A DNA stretch of 59,154 nt, counting the filler. It is 6 parts of 6 records of this genome, joined end to end, with 100 filler letters (N's around TTAATTAATTAA, not from the genome) between each part and the next. Parts side by side here need not be neighbours in the genome. Positions count along the whole stretch, not along the records: positions 1 to 10,975 come from SRR31147125_35932; positions 11,076 to 26,081 come from SRR31147125_35936; 4 more parts are not named here. The stretch is one strand, 5' to 3'. How positions within the stretch are numbered: the first letter of the stretch is position 1; every line of letters begins with the position of its first letter. The translations under genes were made by a program, and so were the position numbers. Shown here piece by piece: positions 1-11,076 of this stretch. Below the pieces are notes generated by a model. That model was not told the DNA's origin. It saw nothing but the letters and a program-made list of their open reading frames with translations, and searched no databases.

Positions 1-113
1 TATTATCAAATGCTTCGCATTTCAGTTGGATAGATTATTTGTGATGGATTCCCTAAGAGTGAAGTTTTCTTTTACACAACATCATAAAATTAGCTGCCCA
101 TGAATAAAGCCAC

Positions 114-142
114 TTGACAGACGTCAAACCGGTTTTTATTTT
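114..142 (+). promoter_or_regulatory. sigma70-like promoter TTGACA-17-TATTTT overlapped by the palindrome TTGAC-AGAC-GTCAA (Crp/Fnr-type box)
   Basis: TTGACA 114-119, TATTTT 137-142, palindrome 114-127, ATG at 149. Confidence 0.45.
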
Positions 143-148
143 GCTCCG

Positions 149-1080
149 ATGCAAATTATAAATACCATCATTCCCATTTTCTGCGTCATTTTCCTGGGCT
201 GGATTGCCCATAGAAAAGGCTTTATTCCACCGGAGTTTCTCGGCCCGGCCAATCGACTGGTTTACTACATTGCCATTCCGGCCATGGTGTTTGCTGCCAC
301 AGCCAAGGCGTCACTCAAGACAGACTTCCATCCCCTGGTGATGGGGCTCACACTATTTGCTTTGATTCTCTCATTTGCCCTTTCCTGGGGCATCGGAACG
401 GTAATCCATATATCCCATCGCCGCATCGGCACTTTTATCCAGAACGGATTCCACGGGAATCTGGGATACATCGGACTTGCGGTGAGCTACTATTATTTGG
501 GGGAGGAAGGATTTACCACGGCCAGTATCCTGACGGTATTCATCATGATTCTTCAAAATGTCTTGTCCATCAGCGTATTGCAGTACTATGCCGTTAGCAA
601 CGGCCCTCTTCACGGCTCTCTTGACAGCCCCCAAAACATCATTTCGAAAATCCTTGGAAATCCCGTGATCGTCGCCTGCTGTGCCGGGATCTGCTGCTCT
701 TTGATGGGGTGACGCTTCCGACCATTGTCGATCGGACCCTGGATATCGTCAGCGGCATGTCACTCCCTACGGCACTGCTTCTGATCGGAGCGACACTCAA
801 TTTCGATTTAATGAAATCCCAGTTTCGGCAACTTCTTCTCACCAATTTGATGAAGTTGGTGCTGTTGCCCGGCATGGGATTTATTCTTTACTCCATTTGG
901 GATGTACCATCCAATTTATTTGTTCCCGGCCTGATTTTACTGGCCTCTCCCTCTGCCACGGTCAGTTATGTCATGGCACGGGAGATGAAAGGAGATGCCG
1001 ATTTTGCCGTGGCCGCTATTTCATCGAGTACGCTCTTTTCCTCCCTCACGTTTTCAATCTGGTTGCACATGATCCATTGA
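149..1080 (+). CDS. AEC (auxin efflux carrier/malate permease) family transporter, split by one frameshift near 706-710
   Basis: ORFs 149-712 and 709-1080 are the two halves of an AEC transporter (NRLVYYIAIP, GNLGYIGL, NPVI, PTALLLIGA, ASPSA). One extra G in ATGGGGTGA rejoins them. Confidence 0.85.
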
Positions 1081-1098
1081 GGTGTGGGGTGGTATCGG

Positions 1099-2901
1099 CT
1101 ACAATCCATAAGGTGAAAGGTGTTTGGCGTACTTGATGTGGAAGCGAATCCGGACGGTTTTGGTTTTTCCCGGTGGGATCGTAAAATCCCATGAGTGAAC
1201 GCCCTTTTTATCCTGATAATCGATCCGGCCGGGAGCGGGTTGCAAATCAATTCCCTTGACTTGCAGACGATCGGTGCGGGAGACGGGGATGGCGTCGATC
1301 AGTTTCACTTGGGTGGATGTCTCTTTCAGATTTTCAATATCTACGGTAAACTCAATCCGGCGGGCCACGGTATTTCTCTCTATTTTACCGAAAAAGGTCT
1401 CATCCTTTTGATCCGTGACCTTTTTTCGATTCACCTTGACGCTTCTATCCGGTCCGAAATTGACCATGAGAGCTTCACCGGCCTGCTTCTCATTGAGGTG
1501 GGTGGTTCCCACAAAACGGCCTCCGAGATAGATGTGGAGGGTGCTTTCCAAAAGGGCTTGATCCGGCGTAGCCGAGCAGACCAGAAAGGCTCGGCTGTCT
1601 TTGGCAGGAACGGTATAGATATGAAAGATGCCTTCAAGTGATTTAATGTAAAGAGGGAGTCTGTTGTCCTCTTCTCCGGAGTCAAGATCAATGGGGCGGG
1701 GAAGTTGATATTCGAAGGCCAAGGGGGTCTCACGTGCCACGGCCTGCTGAATCGGTGCCGGTGTCGGCGGAGCAGACGCGGCAATGGGAGCGGCGCCGTC
1801 AAATTCTTCAAGGCTTTCCGACAGCAGAAATTCATCTTCATTCACTGCACCGGCGGCCATCATCGCCTCTGCAGGGGCACCTGGCATTTGAGCGGCGCGT
1901 TTGGCTGAACGGAGCGGTTTTGGGGGCAGATCGACAATCCAGGACGATGCTTCTGGCAGTCGCGTATCTCCCATGGGTTCGGCATTGGATACACAAAGAC
2001 GGACGCCGTTCCACGATTCGCCGGTTTTTTGAGACATGACGGCAAACATGGTCATCTGAAGGGTGGTGAGCTCCAAATCGCTGTCCACCTTGTAAAGGGG
2101 GTGCCATGAGGCGTTTTTCGCGACATAGGATGCCTCCATGGCAATCTCCTGCTCCGCTTTGGAGTCAAACAAAATTTCAATACTTTTCTTTTTCTTGCTG
2201 CCCGGTTTTTTCAGCTGTTTCACACGATTGTCCACCACCCTGATCTTTTCGTTCAACTCCTCCAGCTCATTTTCAATGGTGAGCCGTTCCCGGTAAAGGG
2301 TGTTGAAGTTTTTTCCCAGATCCGCCACCATGGCGTTCACCTCTTCCGGTCCCATCCAGTTGGTCTTCAGTTTTTTGGGGACTTCGGTTTCTCCGAACTT
2401 GATGACAGAGGTGAGAAATTGTTCCTGATGCTCGATGGCATTTAAGTGATTGTTGAGGGATTTTCGCTGTCGAAGCAGCCCCTTGAGCTCTTCCTCCAGC
2501 TCTCGAAGGTCCTTTTTGGGAGGCTTTTCAACGGAGATTTCCTTGTAACCCACACCGAGAATTTCGCCGTTTCCGAACAGCTGAGCTCTGGGGGAATCCC
2601 GTTCGATGGAAAAAGCGGTGATGCCGATCTGAAGGCGACAGGTACCCATGGGGACGTGGGTTGAGGCACGGCGGGTGACATGGGCACTGTTTCTAAATAA
2701 AATCACCTCGGTGATGTGATTTTTATTTTCACTCACACTCCGGTGCCCACGTCCACTCCTCGTTTCATACTCCGTTTCAAGGAATATTTCTGTTACTCTT
2801 GAAAGCGTATCGTTTTTGACAGCTTTGCCATGTTCATTGATCGTGACGCAATCATTGACATTGGTATGAACAGGTTCTTTTTCTCCATTGGATTGAGTCA
2901 T
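1099..2901 (-). CDS. DUF4140/DUF4139 (MuiA-like) protein, about 600 aa; in frame with the upstream RND gene in this assembly
   Basis: ITEVILFRNSAHVTR N-domain, coiled coil, ASW-PLY, SQKTGESWNGVRLCVS, C-terminal beta-rich DUF4139 region. Own ATG at 2901 with AAGGA upstream. Confidence 0.85.
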   Translation of the reverse strand: MTQSNGEKEPVHTNVNDCVTINEHGKAVKNDTLSRVTEIFLETEYETRSGRGHRSVSENKNHITEVILFRNSAHVTRRASTHVPMGTCRLQIGITAFSIERDSPRAQLFGNGEILGVGYKEISVEKPPKKDLRELEEELKGLLRQRKSLNNHLNAIEHQEQFLTSVIKFGETEVPKKLKTNWMGPEEVNAMVADLGKNFNTLYRERLTIENELEELNEKIRVVDNRVKQLKKPGSKKKKSIEILFDSKAEQEIAMEASYVAKNASWHPLYKVDSDLELTTLQMTMFAVMSQKTGESWNGVRLCVSNAEPMGDTRLPEASSWIVDLPPKPLRSAKRAAQMPGAPAEAMMAAGAVNEDEFLLSESLEEFDGAAPIAASAPPTPAPIQQAVARETPLAFEYQLPRPIDLDSGEEDNRLPLYIKSLEGIFHIYTVPAKDSRAFLVCSATPDQALLESTLHIYLGGRFVGTTHLNEKQAGEALMVNFGPDRSVKVNRKKVTDQKDETFFGKIERNTVARRIEFTVDIENLKETSTQVKLIDAIPVSRTDRLQVKGIDLQPAPGRIDYQDKKGVHSWDFTIPPGKTKTVRIRFHIKYAKHLSPYGL

Positions 2902-5900
2902 CTTTCTTTCCTTATTCAAGTTCCGTTCGCGGTTTTCGAAACCGATGACAAATGCCAGCAACGCCGGGATCACAAACAGGGTGAACAGCGTGGATACGGC
3001 AAGTCCCCCGAGCAGGATACTTCCCAGGCCCCGATAAAGCTCACTTCCCGACCCGGTGGAGATGACCAGGGGCGACATGGCTAGAACACTGGTGGTGGCA
3101 CTCATGAAGATGGGACGGATTCGGGTCTGGACGGCATCGGAGATGGCATTGATGCCCGTCAGCCCGTTGTACCTGACATTGTTGAGGGATTGATGCACAA
3201 TGAGAATGGCGTTATTGACCACCGTCCCGATGAGGATGATGAACCCCAGCATGGCCAGGACGTCAAATCCCTGGAGGGTGACAAAGGTGTTGACCAGGGT
3301 CAGGCCCACGAATCCACCTGCGGCTGCCAATGGTACGGTAAAGAGGATGATCACGGGATAGAGAAAATTCTCGAACAGCGCAGACAACAGGAGATAGGTG
3401 ATGAGAAGCGCCAGCAGCAGATTCCATTTGAGAGCCTTTCCGGTCTCCACCAGCTTGTCGGCATTGCCGCCCATGGAAATCTCTGTTCCAGCCAGCTGTC
3501 CCCCTTGGGACATGGGGGTGATCAAATCGTTTTCGATGATCTCCATGGCGGTTTGTAGGGGCAGCTCTTTGGGAGGTGTCACCTGCAGGGTGATGTTTCG
3601 TTTTCGCTCCAGGCGGTTGATCTGAGACATGCTTTGGCTATATTTCAGATGGGCCACATCGCCCACTTTGATCAGGTCTCCATAGGCATTGACAATGGTG
3701 GCTTGCATGATCTCTTCCGGGCTGTCAAAGGCGTCATCATTGCCTTTGACCACCAGATCGATCTGTTGAATTCCTTCAGGTCCGTAATCATCCACCTGTC
3801 GGCCATCCATGAGGATATCCACATAGGTACCCAGATCTTTTTCCGACAGTCCGTTGGCCGCCAGTCTCTTTTTGTTGGGAATCACCAGAATTTCCGGATA
3901 ACTGGTCTCGATGGAGGGAACAGGTCTTACCTGGGCACCGGCAATTTTCTGCTGAATCGCCCCGAAGAGTTTCATGGCGGCACCGGCAATGACATCGATC
4001 CGTTCACCTGAAATATTGACCTCCACGGTTCTATCCTGCCCCAGTCCCTGCTCAAAGATCCCCGCCTGAATGCTGACGCCGAAGATGCCGGGGATGGAAT
4101 TCATGATTCGGGAGAACAGGGGAATCAGCTCAGATGCCCGTGTCTCGTGGATGGAGGTGGCTCCGAACAGGGTGAATCGATCCGCCCCCACAAAAAACAT
4201 CTGTTTGAGCTGCGGAAACCCATCCTTGTTGTCGGTTTTGAAATGAGGTTCGGCAGCCTTGTAGATTTCCGATCCCATCAGTTTGAATTTTTCCACGGAG
4301 TAGCCCGGTGGAGGGACCAGGATACTGAGGATCAGGTTCCTGTTTCCTTGCGGCAAATACTCTGCCGGAGGTCTGAGGGTATCGATCACATAGATTGAGG
4401 CGGCGGTGAAGAGAATGACCGTCACAAGTCGGGTGAAGATGTTTTTGAGACAGAGCCGGGAAATGAGCATGATGGCGGAAGTGAAGATCGGCCCCACAAA
4501 ACTTCGCTGGAGCCAATTCTGCTCTTTCATGGTGGAGTTTTTGTACAGCTGAAAGATGAGGGATGGAATCACCGACACCGATACGATCAGGCTCAATATG
4601 ATGGAGAAGGTAATGGCAATGGCAATATCCTGGAAGAGCTGGCCGGCCTCTTCTCTCATGAAAATGACCGGAAGAAACACGGCAACCGTGGTGGCGGTGG
4701 AGGCAAAAACCGCCCCCCATACTTCCTTGGCACCGTCTAGAGCGGCCCGGTAGGCGGTTTTGTCCATTTTCCGATGGCGGTCGATGTTCTCCAAGACAAC
4801 AATGGAGTTATCCACCAACATGCCTACGGCAAATGAGATTCCGGCCAGGCTCACCACGTTGAGATTTCGGCCGGCCATCCATAAAAAAATAAAGGTCCCG
4901 ATGACCGAGATGGGAATGGCAATGGCCGTGGTGACGGTGGTGCGGACGCTGCGCAAAAAGGTGAGCAATACAATCACGGCCAATGCTGCACCGATAAGAA
5001 CATTTTCCTGCACCAGATCGATGGCGGTATTGATGTAGGATCGCTGATCATACACCATCTCGATGAAAATTCCCTTTTGGGCCAGGACCTCCTCGTTGAG
5101 GCGGTTGACTTCCTTTTCAACCCGGTCACTCATCTCCAGTACATTGGCGCCGGTCTCCTTGCGGAGTCCCACAACGATCACCTCTCTGCCGTTGTGAAGC
5201 ACGGTGGATGAGGCTTTGTCATAGCCTTTGCCGACCGTGGCGATATCCTTGAGTAAAATTTTTCGAAGCCCGTCGTCATAGAGGACGACGTCGAGGGCAT
5301 CCTCCGGCGATTGAAACTGGCCCAATGTACGGATTCGGTAATTTTTTCTGCCGATTCCCAAAACACCGGCCGATGTGGTGACATTGGCCTTTTGGAGGGC
5401 ATTGATCACTTCGTTGACGGTGATGTTGCTTCTGGCCATCTTCTCCATGTCCAGTGTGACGTGGAGTTCATTTTCAACCCCGCCCCCCACGAACATGGAA
5501 CCCACGCCTTTGATCCGCTCGAAATGCTGGCGGATGTTTTCCTCGAAATAGGTGAGAAAGTGAGTGATGTTTTCTCTATTTTCCGGCATGGACCGCATCA
5601 CCATCCAGATGATGGGAGAGTTGTTGGCACCGGACGCTTCGATGATGGGCTTATCCGCATTGTCCGGATAGTTGGAGACTTCGTCCAGCTTATTGGAGAC
5701 CCGAAGTAAGGCGTCTTCCACAATGGTATCCAGTTCAAATGAGAGGGTTACTTCACCGAAACTGTTGTAGCTGGAGCTCTCCAGTTTTGTCAGGCCCTGG
5801 AGTCCTTTGAGGGCCTCTTCCTGTTTTTCGATGATCTCTTTTTCGATCTCAAAAGGGGTGGCACCGCCCCACACGGTCTGAACCGTGATTTTCGGGGTCT

Positions 5901-6021
5901 CCACATCCGGAGTGAGCTGAATGGGCAGCGTTTTCAACCCGATCAATCCGAAAGTGATAAGTAAAATGACCGCCACTGCGACACTGACCGGTTTCTTTAG
6001 CGAATATTGTACGATATCCAT
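2902..6021 (-). CDS. RND efflux transporter permease subunit (AcrB/AcrD/AcrF family)
   Basis: About 1040 aa; GMLVDNSIVVLENI, GTVVNNAILIV, RIRPIFMS motifs; 12-TM layout. Confidence 0.95.
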
Positions 6022-6030
6022 AAAAAACTC

Positions 6031-7113
6031 CTACTTTTCTGCGATCGTCACCGGTTGATTGGGGCGAAGCCGTTCGTTTCCTTCCACCACAACCGTCATA
6101 CCGGGGGGGATGTGGGGATCGTTTGTCGCAATGCGATCGTCAACATAAGCGGTGACCCGGACAGAGAGCAGGGTTGCTTTTCCCTCCTTGACGGTGTAAA
6201 TGAAATTGCCGCCCTGGAATTTGACCAGAGCGGCCCGGTTGAAAAGCGACAGCTCCCGCTTTTCACTGCTCGGCACATGAACGGCCACCGACATGTTCTC
6301 CGCCATCATCTCCATGGGCGCTGCTTTGATTTTCAGGAACACGTTTTTGGTCTTCAGGTCCGCCATCGGATCGATTCCGGCGATGGTCCCTTCCAGTTCT
6401 CGATCAAAGGCATTGAGGTGCATGTGCACCGTCTCTCCCACCGTTACAAACTTAAGCAGATCTTCGGAAATGGGCGCACGAACAAAGATATCGTTTTTAG
6501 ATCCGATACTGAAAAGCTGGCTTCCCTGCTGTACCCATGCCCCGGAATCGACGTTTTTACTGAGTATCACGCCGTCAAAAGGGGAGAGAATGGAAGCTCT
6601 CTTCTTCTGGATGAGCAGTTTGGAGAGAGTGTCTTTGGCTGCCTGCTTCTCCTTTCCGGCATCCTGGTAGGCGTAGAGGGCATCATCAAAGTCTTTCTCG
6701 CTGGAAACATTTTTTTTGAAGAGCCGTTTTAATCGATTGTAATTTTTTTCCGTATGCCGGATGAGAAGATCGAACTGGGCAATGCGGGTTCGCGTGAGAG
6801 CGATGTCCCGATCCAATAGCTCGGTATCCAGATCCACCAGAACTTGTCCGGCTTTTACCGAATCTCCCTGATTGACGGTGACACGTTTTACGAGGCCCGC
6901 CACTTCCGTGGAGAGATCACTCACCCGCTCGTAATAAAGTACACCAGTGACGGATTGGGTCATGGCAACGGGCTCGGTCACCACCTTTTCCACCACCACT
7001 TTTGCCGGTGGCGGCCCCTGGGCGTGGAGTGAGTCAATGGCGGTTCCTGAAACAGAGATCGATATCCAGAAGATCATGAGACATTTGAATAGGTAATGCA
7101 CGTCATTCCTCAT
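6031..7113 (-). CDS. RND periplasmic adaptor (membrane fusion protein)
   Basis: Signal peptide, lipoyl-like VAGLVKRVTVNQGDSVKAGQ, SPFDGVI, VVVEGNERLRP; directly upstream of the RND gene. Confidence 0.93.
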   Translation of the reverse strand: MRNDVHYLFKCLMIFWISISVSGTAIDSLHAQGPPPAKVVVEKVVTEPVAMTQSVTGVLYYERVSDLSTEVAGLVKRVTVNQGDSVKAGQVLVDLDTELLDRDIALTRTRIAQFDLLIRHTEKNYNRLKRLFKKNVSSEKDFDDALYAYQDAGKEKQAAKDTLSKLLIQKKRASILSPFDGVILSKNVDSGAWVQQGSQLFSIGSKNDIFVRAPISEDLLKFVTVGETVHMHLNAFDRELEGTIAGIDPMADLKTKNVFLKIKAAPMEMMAENMSVAVHVPSSEKRELSLFNRAALVKFQGGNFIYTVKEGKATLLSVRVTAYVDDRIATNDPHIPPGMTVVVEGNERLRPNQPVTIAEK

Positions 7114-7510
7114 TTTTCCATGAAAACCTCTGCATTTGCAGGTTTCTTGATTTTCATGTGTTGTTGAGTCAGGTGGCCTGACACGGTCGTGATATGAACG
7201 TCCTTCCCGGTCAATGGGTAAGAACTGACGGATGATGTCGGCAAAACAAGATCGTTTGCCAAGGGTGCTATTGCCGCTATCGGACTTTAGCGATTCGGAA
7301 GTCGGACTGATCAGAGCGCGTGGAAAAAATAGAATCCCGAATTATTTTCAGCAGAGAGCATTTCATCAAAAAAAGGGAAGTTTGGCAAGTTCAATGGTAA
7401 AAAATGTGTGGATTCGTTTGCTGAATTGTCATTGACAATGGAAGGGTAATGAGGGGGTGACGGGTGAGAATGGGGATGATTTGGGACTGGATTCCAAAAT
7501 CGGCCACTAT

Positions 7511-7570
7511 TAGGGGACCGATTTCTTCGAATACCCTGCTATGGGGCGATCACACGGGACCTCCCCCTAC
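7511..7570. repeat. degenerate REP-like (GTAG family) palindrome remnant
   Basis: TAGGGG at 7511 and GGGGCGATCACACGGGACCTCCCCCTAC at 7543-7570. Confidence 0.4.
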
Positions 7571-7597
7571 AAAAAAAGGCCGACAACAGAATTAAAT

Positions 7598-7633
7598 ATC
7601 CGCTTTTTATGCAAGGTCGCATGAAAAGCGGAT
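7598..7633 (-). terminator. hairpin downstream of the PilZ gene, probable terminator
   Basis: ATCCGCTTTT/AAAAGCGGAT arms with an inner ATGC/GCAT stem. Confidence 0.5.
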
Positions 7634-7680
7634 GAGTAGGGATAGGGTGAAGTGAGATAAGACGATCGGATTAAACAGCG

Positions 7681-8178
7681 TTAAAACACGTTGCCGGATA
7701 AGAACCGGGTGATACTGGATTGGGTAACCCCTTGATCCATGACACCCAATTGCCAGAAACAGTTGGCACAAAGATGAAGATCTTCATGAGTCTTATGAAG
7801 ATTCGCCTCAATGCGACAACCGCACATATCGCACGGCAGACTTTTGATGCGGTCCGTCAAATGGTTTTTAAACGTACATTGGCTCATATATTGAAGCCCT
7901 ACATCAAAAAAAGTGATGTTACGGCGTCTTTTTTTGATCCACCGTACTTTGGCCATATATGCCTCTCCGGCATCCATCGGGGTCTTTTTCGACTCTGGAG
8001 AGATGCTTTTGATATAGAGCGGTTTGTTATGGGATAAATAGTGATTTGATTTCAAACACATGCCGCCGCTGCTGATATTGGAAGCCACCGTTTCCTGATA
8101 GAGCTCGGGAGTTTCCCATGACATCAGTAAAGGAATGTTGCAATTACTGCGAAGTGCTGAACGTTTGTTTGAAAACAT
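7681..8178 (-). CDS. PilZ-domain protein with C-terminal CxxC...CxxC module
   Basis: KRSALR (RxxxR) and NISSGG (D/NxSxxG) motifs; CDMC and CANC near the C-terminus. Confidence 0.8.
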   Translation of the reverse strand: MFSNKRSALRSNCNIPLLMSWETPELYQETVASNISSGGMCLKSNHYLSHNKPLYIKSISPESKKTPMDAGEAYMAKVRWIKKRRRNITFFDVGLQYMSQCTFKNHLTDRIKSLPCDMCGCRIEANLHKTHEDLHLCANCFWQLGVMDQGVTQSSITRFLSGNVF

Positions 8179-8697
8179 GACGTTCCCCCTTTTTAAGTTT
8201 TTTCATTGGTAATACGTTTTTGTCAGTCCTAAGTTATCTGAACAGCCACCATAAATGGCATTCCCAAAGAGGTTGAAAGCAGATGATATGGGACAGATGT
8301 GAAAACTTACGACTTTTAAAATACTTTTCTTTTGGTAATAGTGAATAAAATAATGTTGGATGAGATTTAAATGGAAGTTCAGAGGAGTGGATGGAGAAAA
8401 CAACGTCTTAGAAGAGCATTAACTCGTGTAATAAAAAAATTATATCTGTAAAACGGTAAATGTCAAGTTATTTTATCGTTAAAAAATAGTTTGGTCTTTC
8501 ATTATGCACATTATGCAGGGTGGCTGGAGAGGTTGCCATGTCTGTTTATAAATCGGATTTAAATAAGTTATCTATTTGTGGATTTTGGGGAGATATTTTC
8601 AATCTGTCCCCGCCCCTGCCCCGCCTCCGAAATGGGAAACTTATTTTTCGGACTCATACCTTAAATAATAGGAAAATTGAGGCGTACTAAAAGAGTG

Positions 8698-9375
8698 TCA
8701 ATTGGATTCTGCGGTTTCAGTCAACCCTTCTTTATCAAAAATGGTGATCACATTTCGATTGACTTCAATGAGTTGATCGGATGAGAATCGGGAGAAGATT
8801 CTCGAGACACTTTCGGGGGTGGTCCCCATCAGTCCAGCCAACTGATTTTTGGAAACGGGAAGGGTCACGGTGGTTTCATTTTGTTGCTCCCGGGTCAACA
8901 CTAACAGATAGGATGCCAGGCGGGCAGGGACGTCTTTCAGGGCCAGATTCTCCACCATCACCGTAAATTGACGCAGTCGTTTGGAGAGTACCGCCATCAT
9001 ATTCAAGGAGAGGGAAGGATTCCGGGTGATAAGAGAGATGAACGCCTCTCTCGGGAAGAAGAGCAGGGCGGTGTTGGCAACAGCCATGGCCGATGCCGGA
9101 AAATGCTTTCCGGTGAACACCGGGACTTCACCAAAAGGCTTGCCGGGGCCGTAAATGTGCAGAATCTGCTCCTTCCCGGCAAATGAGAGTTTAAACACTT
9201 TGATCTTGCCGCTGCCGACGATATAGAAACCACTGCCCGGATCCCCCTCGGTAAAGATGGTCTCGCCCCGCTTGTAATGGCGGAGTTCGGCAATGCCGGC
9301 AAGCTCCTCGATATGAGGGGGCGCAAGCCCATGAAAAAGCGGGACGGTGCCTATGATTTTCAATAGATCCATCAT
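8698..9375 (-). CDS. Crp/Fnr family transcriptional regulator (HcpR/DNR-like)
   Basis: cNMP domain (GKEQILH, FGEV, FPASA), HTH GTTPESVSR, no FNR Cys cluster. Confidence 0.92.
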   Translation of the reverse strand: MMDLLKIIGTVPLFHGLAPPHIEELAGIAELRHYKRGETIFTEGDPGSGFYIVGSGKIKVFKLSFAGKEQILHIYGPGKPFGEVPVFTGKHFPASAMAVANTALLFFPREAFISLITRNPSLSLNMMAVLSKRLRQFTVMVENLALKDVPARLASYLLVLTREQQNETTVTLPVSKNQLAGLMGTTPESVSRIFSRFSSDQLIEVNRNVITIFDKEGLTETAESN

Positions 9376-10975
9376 GAGAGTCCAAGGGTTTCGGCTAACG
9401 CGACGGCATCACTGATGACGCCGTCAAAGTCAAACTGTTCAATTCGATTTCTGATGGGGTGAAGCGGGGTGCGGCCCAATGTCTTTTCAAGATCATGGAT
9501 AAACGGCTCTACCGCATCCGGGGAGTATTGACCACACGCTTCCTTCAATCTTTCCAATTGCTCTTTTACATGGGTGCGATTTTCTCCATTCAGGTGAGAC
9601 ATCATGGGGGCATCTGATGCGGCGTGCGGCGTTGATGTTCGCAAACTTTTATCTTCCCCATCATGATCATTATCCGCACCGATAGTGTCATTTTTGATGT
9701 CGAAATTTCCTGAAGTATTGGGATGCGAATAGCTTTCAGTGGAGCAAAGAGGGGCAAGTAGCGTCTCTATCGCCTGATCGAGCTGTTTGAAATCGACGGG
9801 TTTTTGGACCACGCCATCCATGCCTGCTTCAAAGTATTGGGCGATCTCATCACTCATGACACTGGCAGTAACGGCGATGATGGGGACATGGGTGCCTCTT
9901 CCGATTTCCATATCCCGGATTTTTCGGGTGGCTTCCAGTCCATCCATCTCCGGCATGTGGATATCCATTAGAACGAGATCAACCCGTTCTTTTTCCAGCA
10001 GTTCTAGCGCTTCGGCAGCGCTTTGCAGCCCGATTGCGGTATTGCCCCGTTTTTCTAGATATCTGGTGGTGAAAATGATATTCTCAATAATATCATCCAC
10101 CACCAGAATGCGATGAGGTTCATGTTGCGGTTTCTTCTCTACGTTCTTTTCGGAATCCATTTGAAAGTCGGGGATTGAATGCGATAAAGCGGTGTTCGGA
10201 GCGATTTTAAAAGGAATGGTAAAGTGAAATGTACTCCCTTCCCCCACTACACTCTCCACCCAGATGGTTCCTCCCATCAAACCCACCAGCTGTTTTGCTA
10301 CAGCCGTACCCAGGCCGGTTCCCCCGTATCTTCTCGTGGTGGAGGCATCTGCCTGGGTAAACGCATCGAACAGGGTGGCAATCCGATCCTCGGGAATACC
10401 AATACCGGTGTCGGAAACGGAAAAGAGAAGGACTTCACTCTCAGTTTGGGAAGCATCTGAGGCATCATTCCTCTTCATATTCAACGTTGTGTCAGAGGGG
10501 TCACTTGACGTTTCAACGGATGATGAAGATTCCTCCGTGGGAAGGGCGTTCAGATCCGGTGGGGCAACCGTTACCTTGATATGAATGTTTCCTTTTTCCG
10601 TAAACTTGATGGCGTTATGAATGAGGTTGGCAAGAATTTGATTCACATGGGAAGGATCGCCCATGACCATATCCAGGTCATTGGTGGAAAGCTCATGGGT
10701 GAGTGACAGAGACTTTTCTTTGGCGTGGTGCGAAAGGGGTTCTATGAGGTTTACCAGCATTCGTTTTAGGCTGAAGGGTTTCTCTTCAAAGGTCTGTTTG
10801 CCGCTTTCGATTTTACTTAAATCCAGGATTTCGTTGAGTAGGACCAGAAGAGAATTTGCTGATTTGTGGGCAATGGTAAGATGTTCCCGGTGGGATTCCG
10901 GCAGGGTGTTGTCTTCGAGGCTGAGGCTCAAAAAACCCAGGATAGCGTTCATGGGCGTACGGATCTCATGGCTCA
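9372..10975 (-). CDS. hybrid sensor histidine kinase/response regulator, 5' truncated by contig end
   Basis: SHEIRTPMNAILG H-box, NAIKFT, DTGIGI, GGTGLG, REC domain (DLVLMDIHMPEMDG); overlaps the Crp/Fnr start (ATGA). Confidence 0.93.
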
Positions 10976-11075
10976 NNNNNNNNNNNNNNNNNNNNNNNNN
11001 NNNNNNNNNNNNNNNNNNNTTAATTAATTAANNNNNNNNNNNNNNNNNNNNNNNNNNNNNNNNNNNNNNNNNNNN
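10976..11075. other. artificial contig linker
   Basis: N44-TTAATTAATTAA-N44. Confidence 0.99.
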
Positions 11076-11076
11076 C

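Noticed and set aside
1195-7032. Numerous plus-strand ORFs including 6007-6732 (241 aa)
   Set aside because: Antisense shadows of the RND, MFP and DUF4139 genes with no recognisable motifs.
8587-8611. GGGGAGATATTTTCAATCTGTCCCC palindrome
   Set aside because: Probably a decayed REP-like remnant. Single and degenerate, so not enough evidence.
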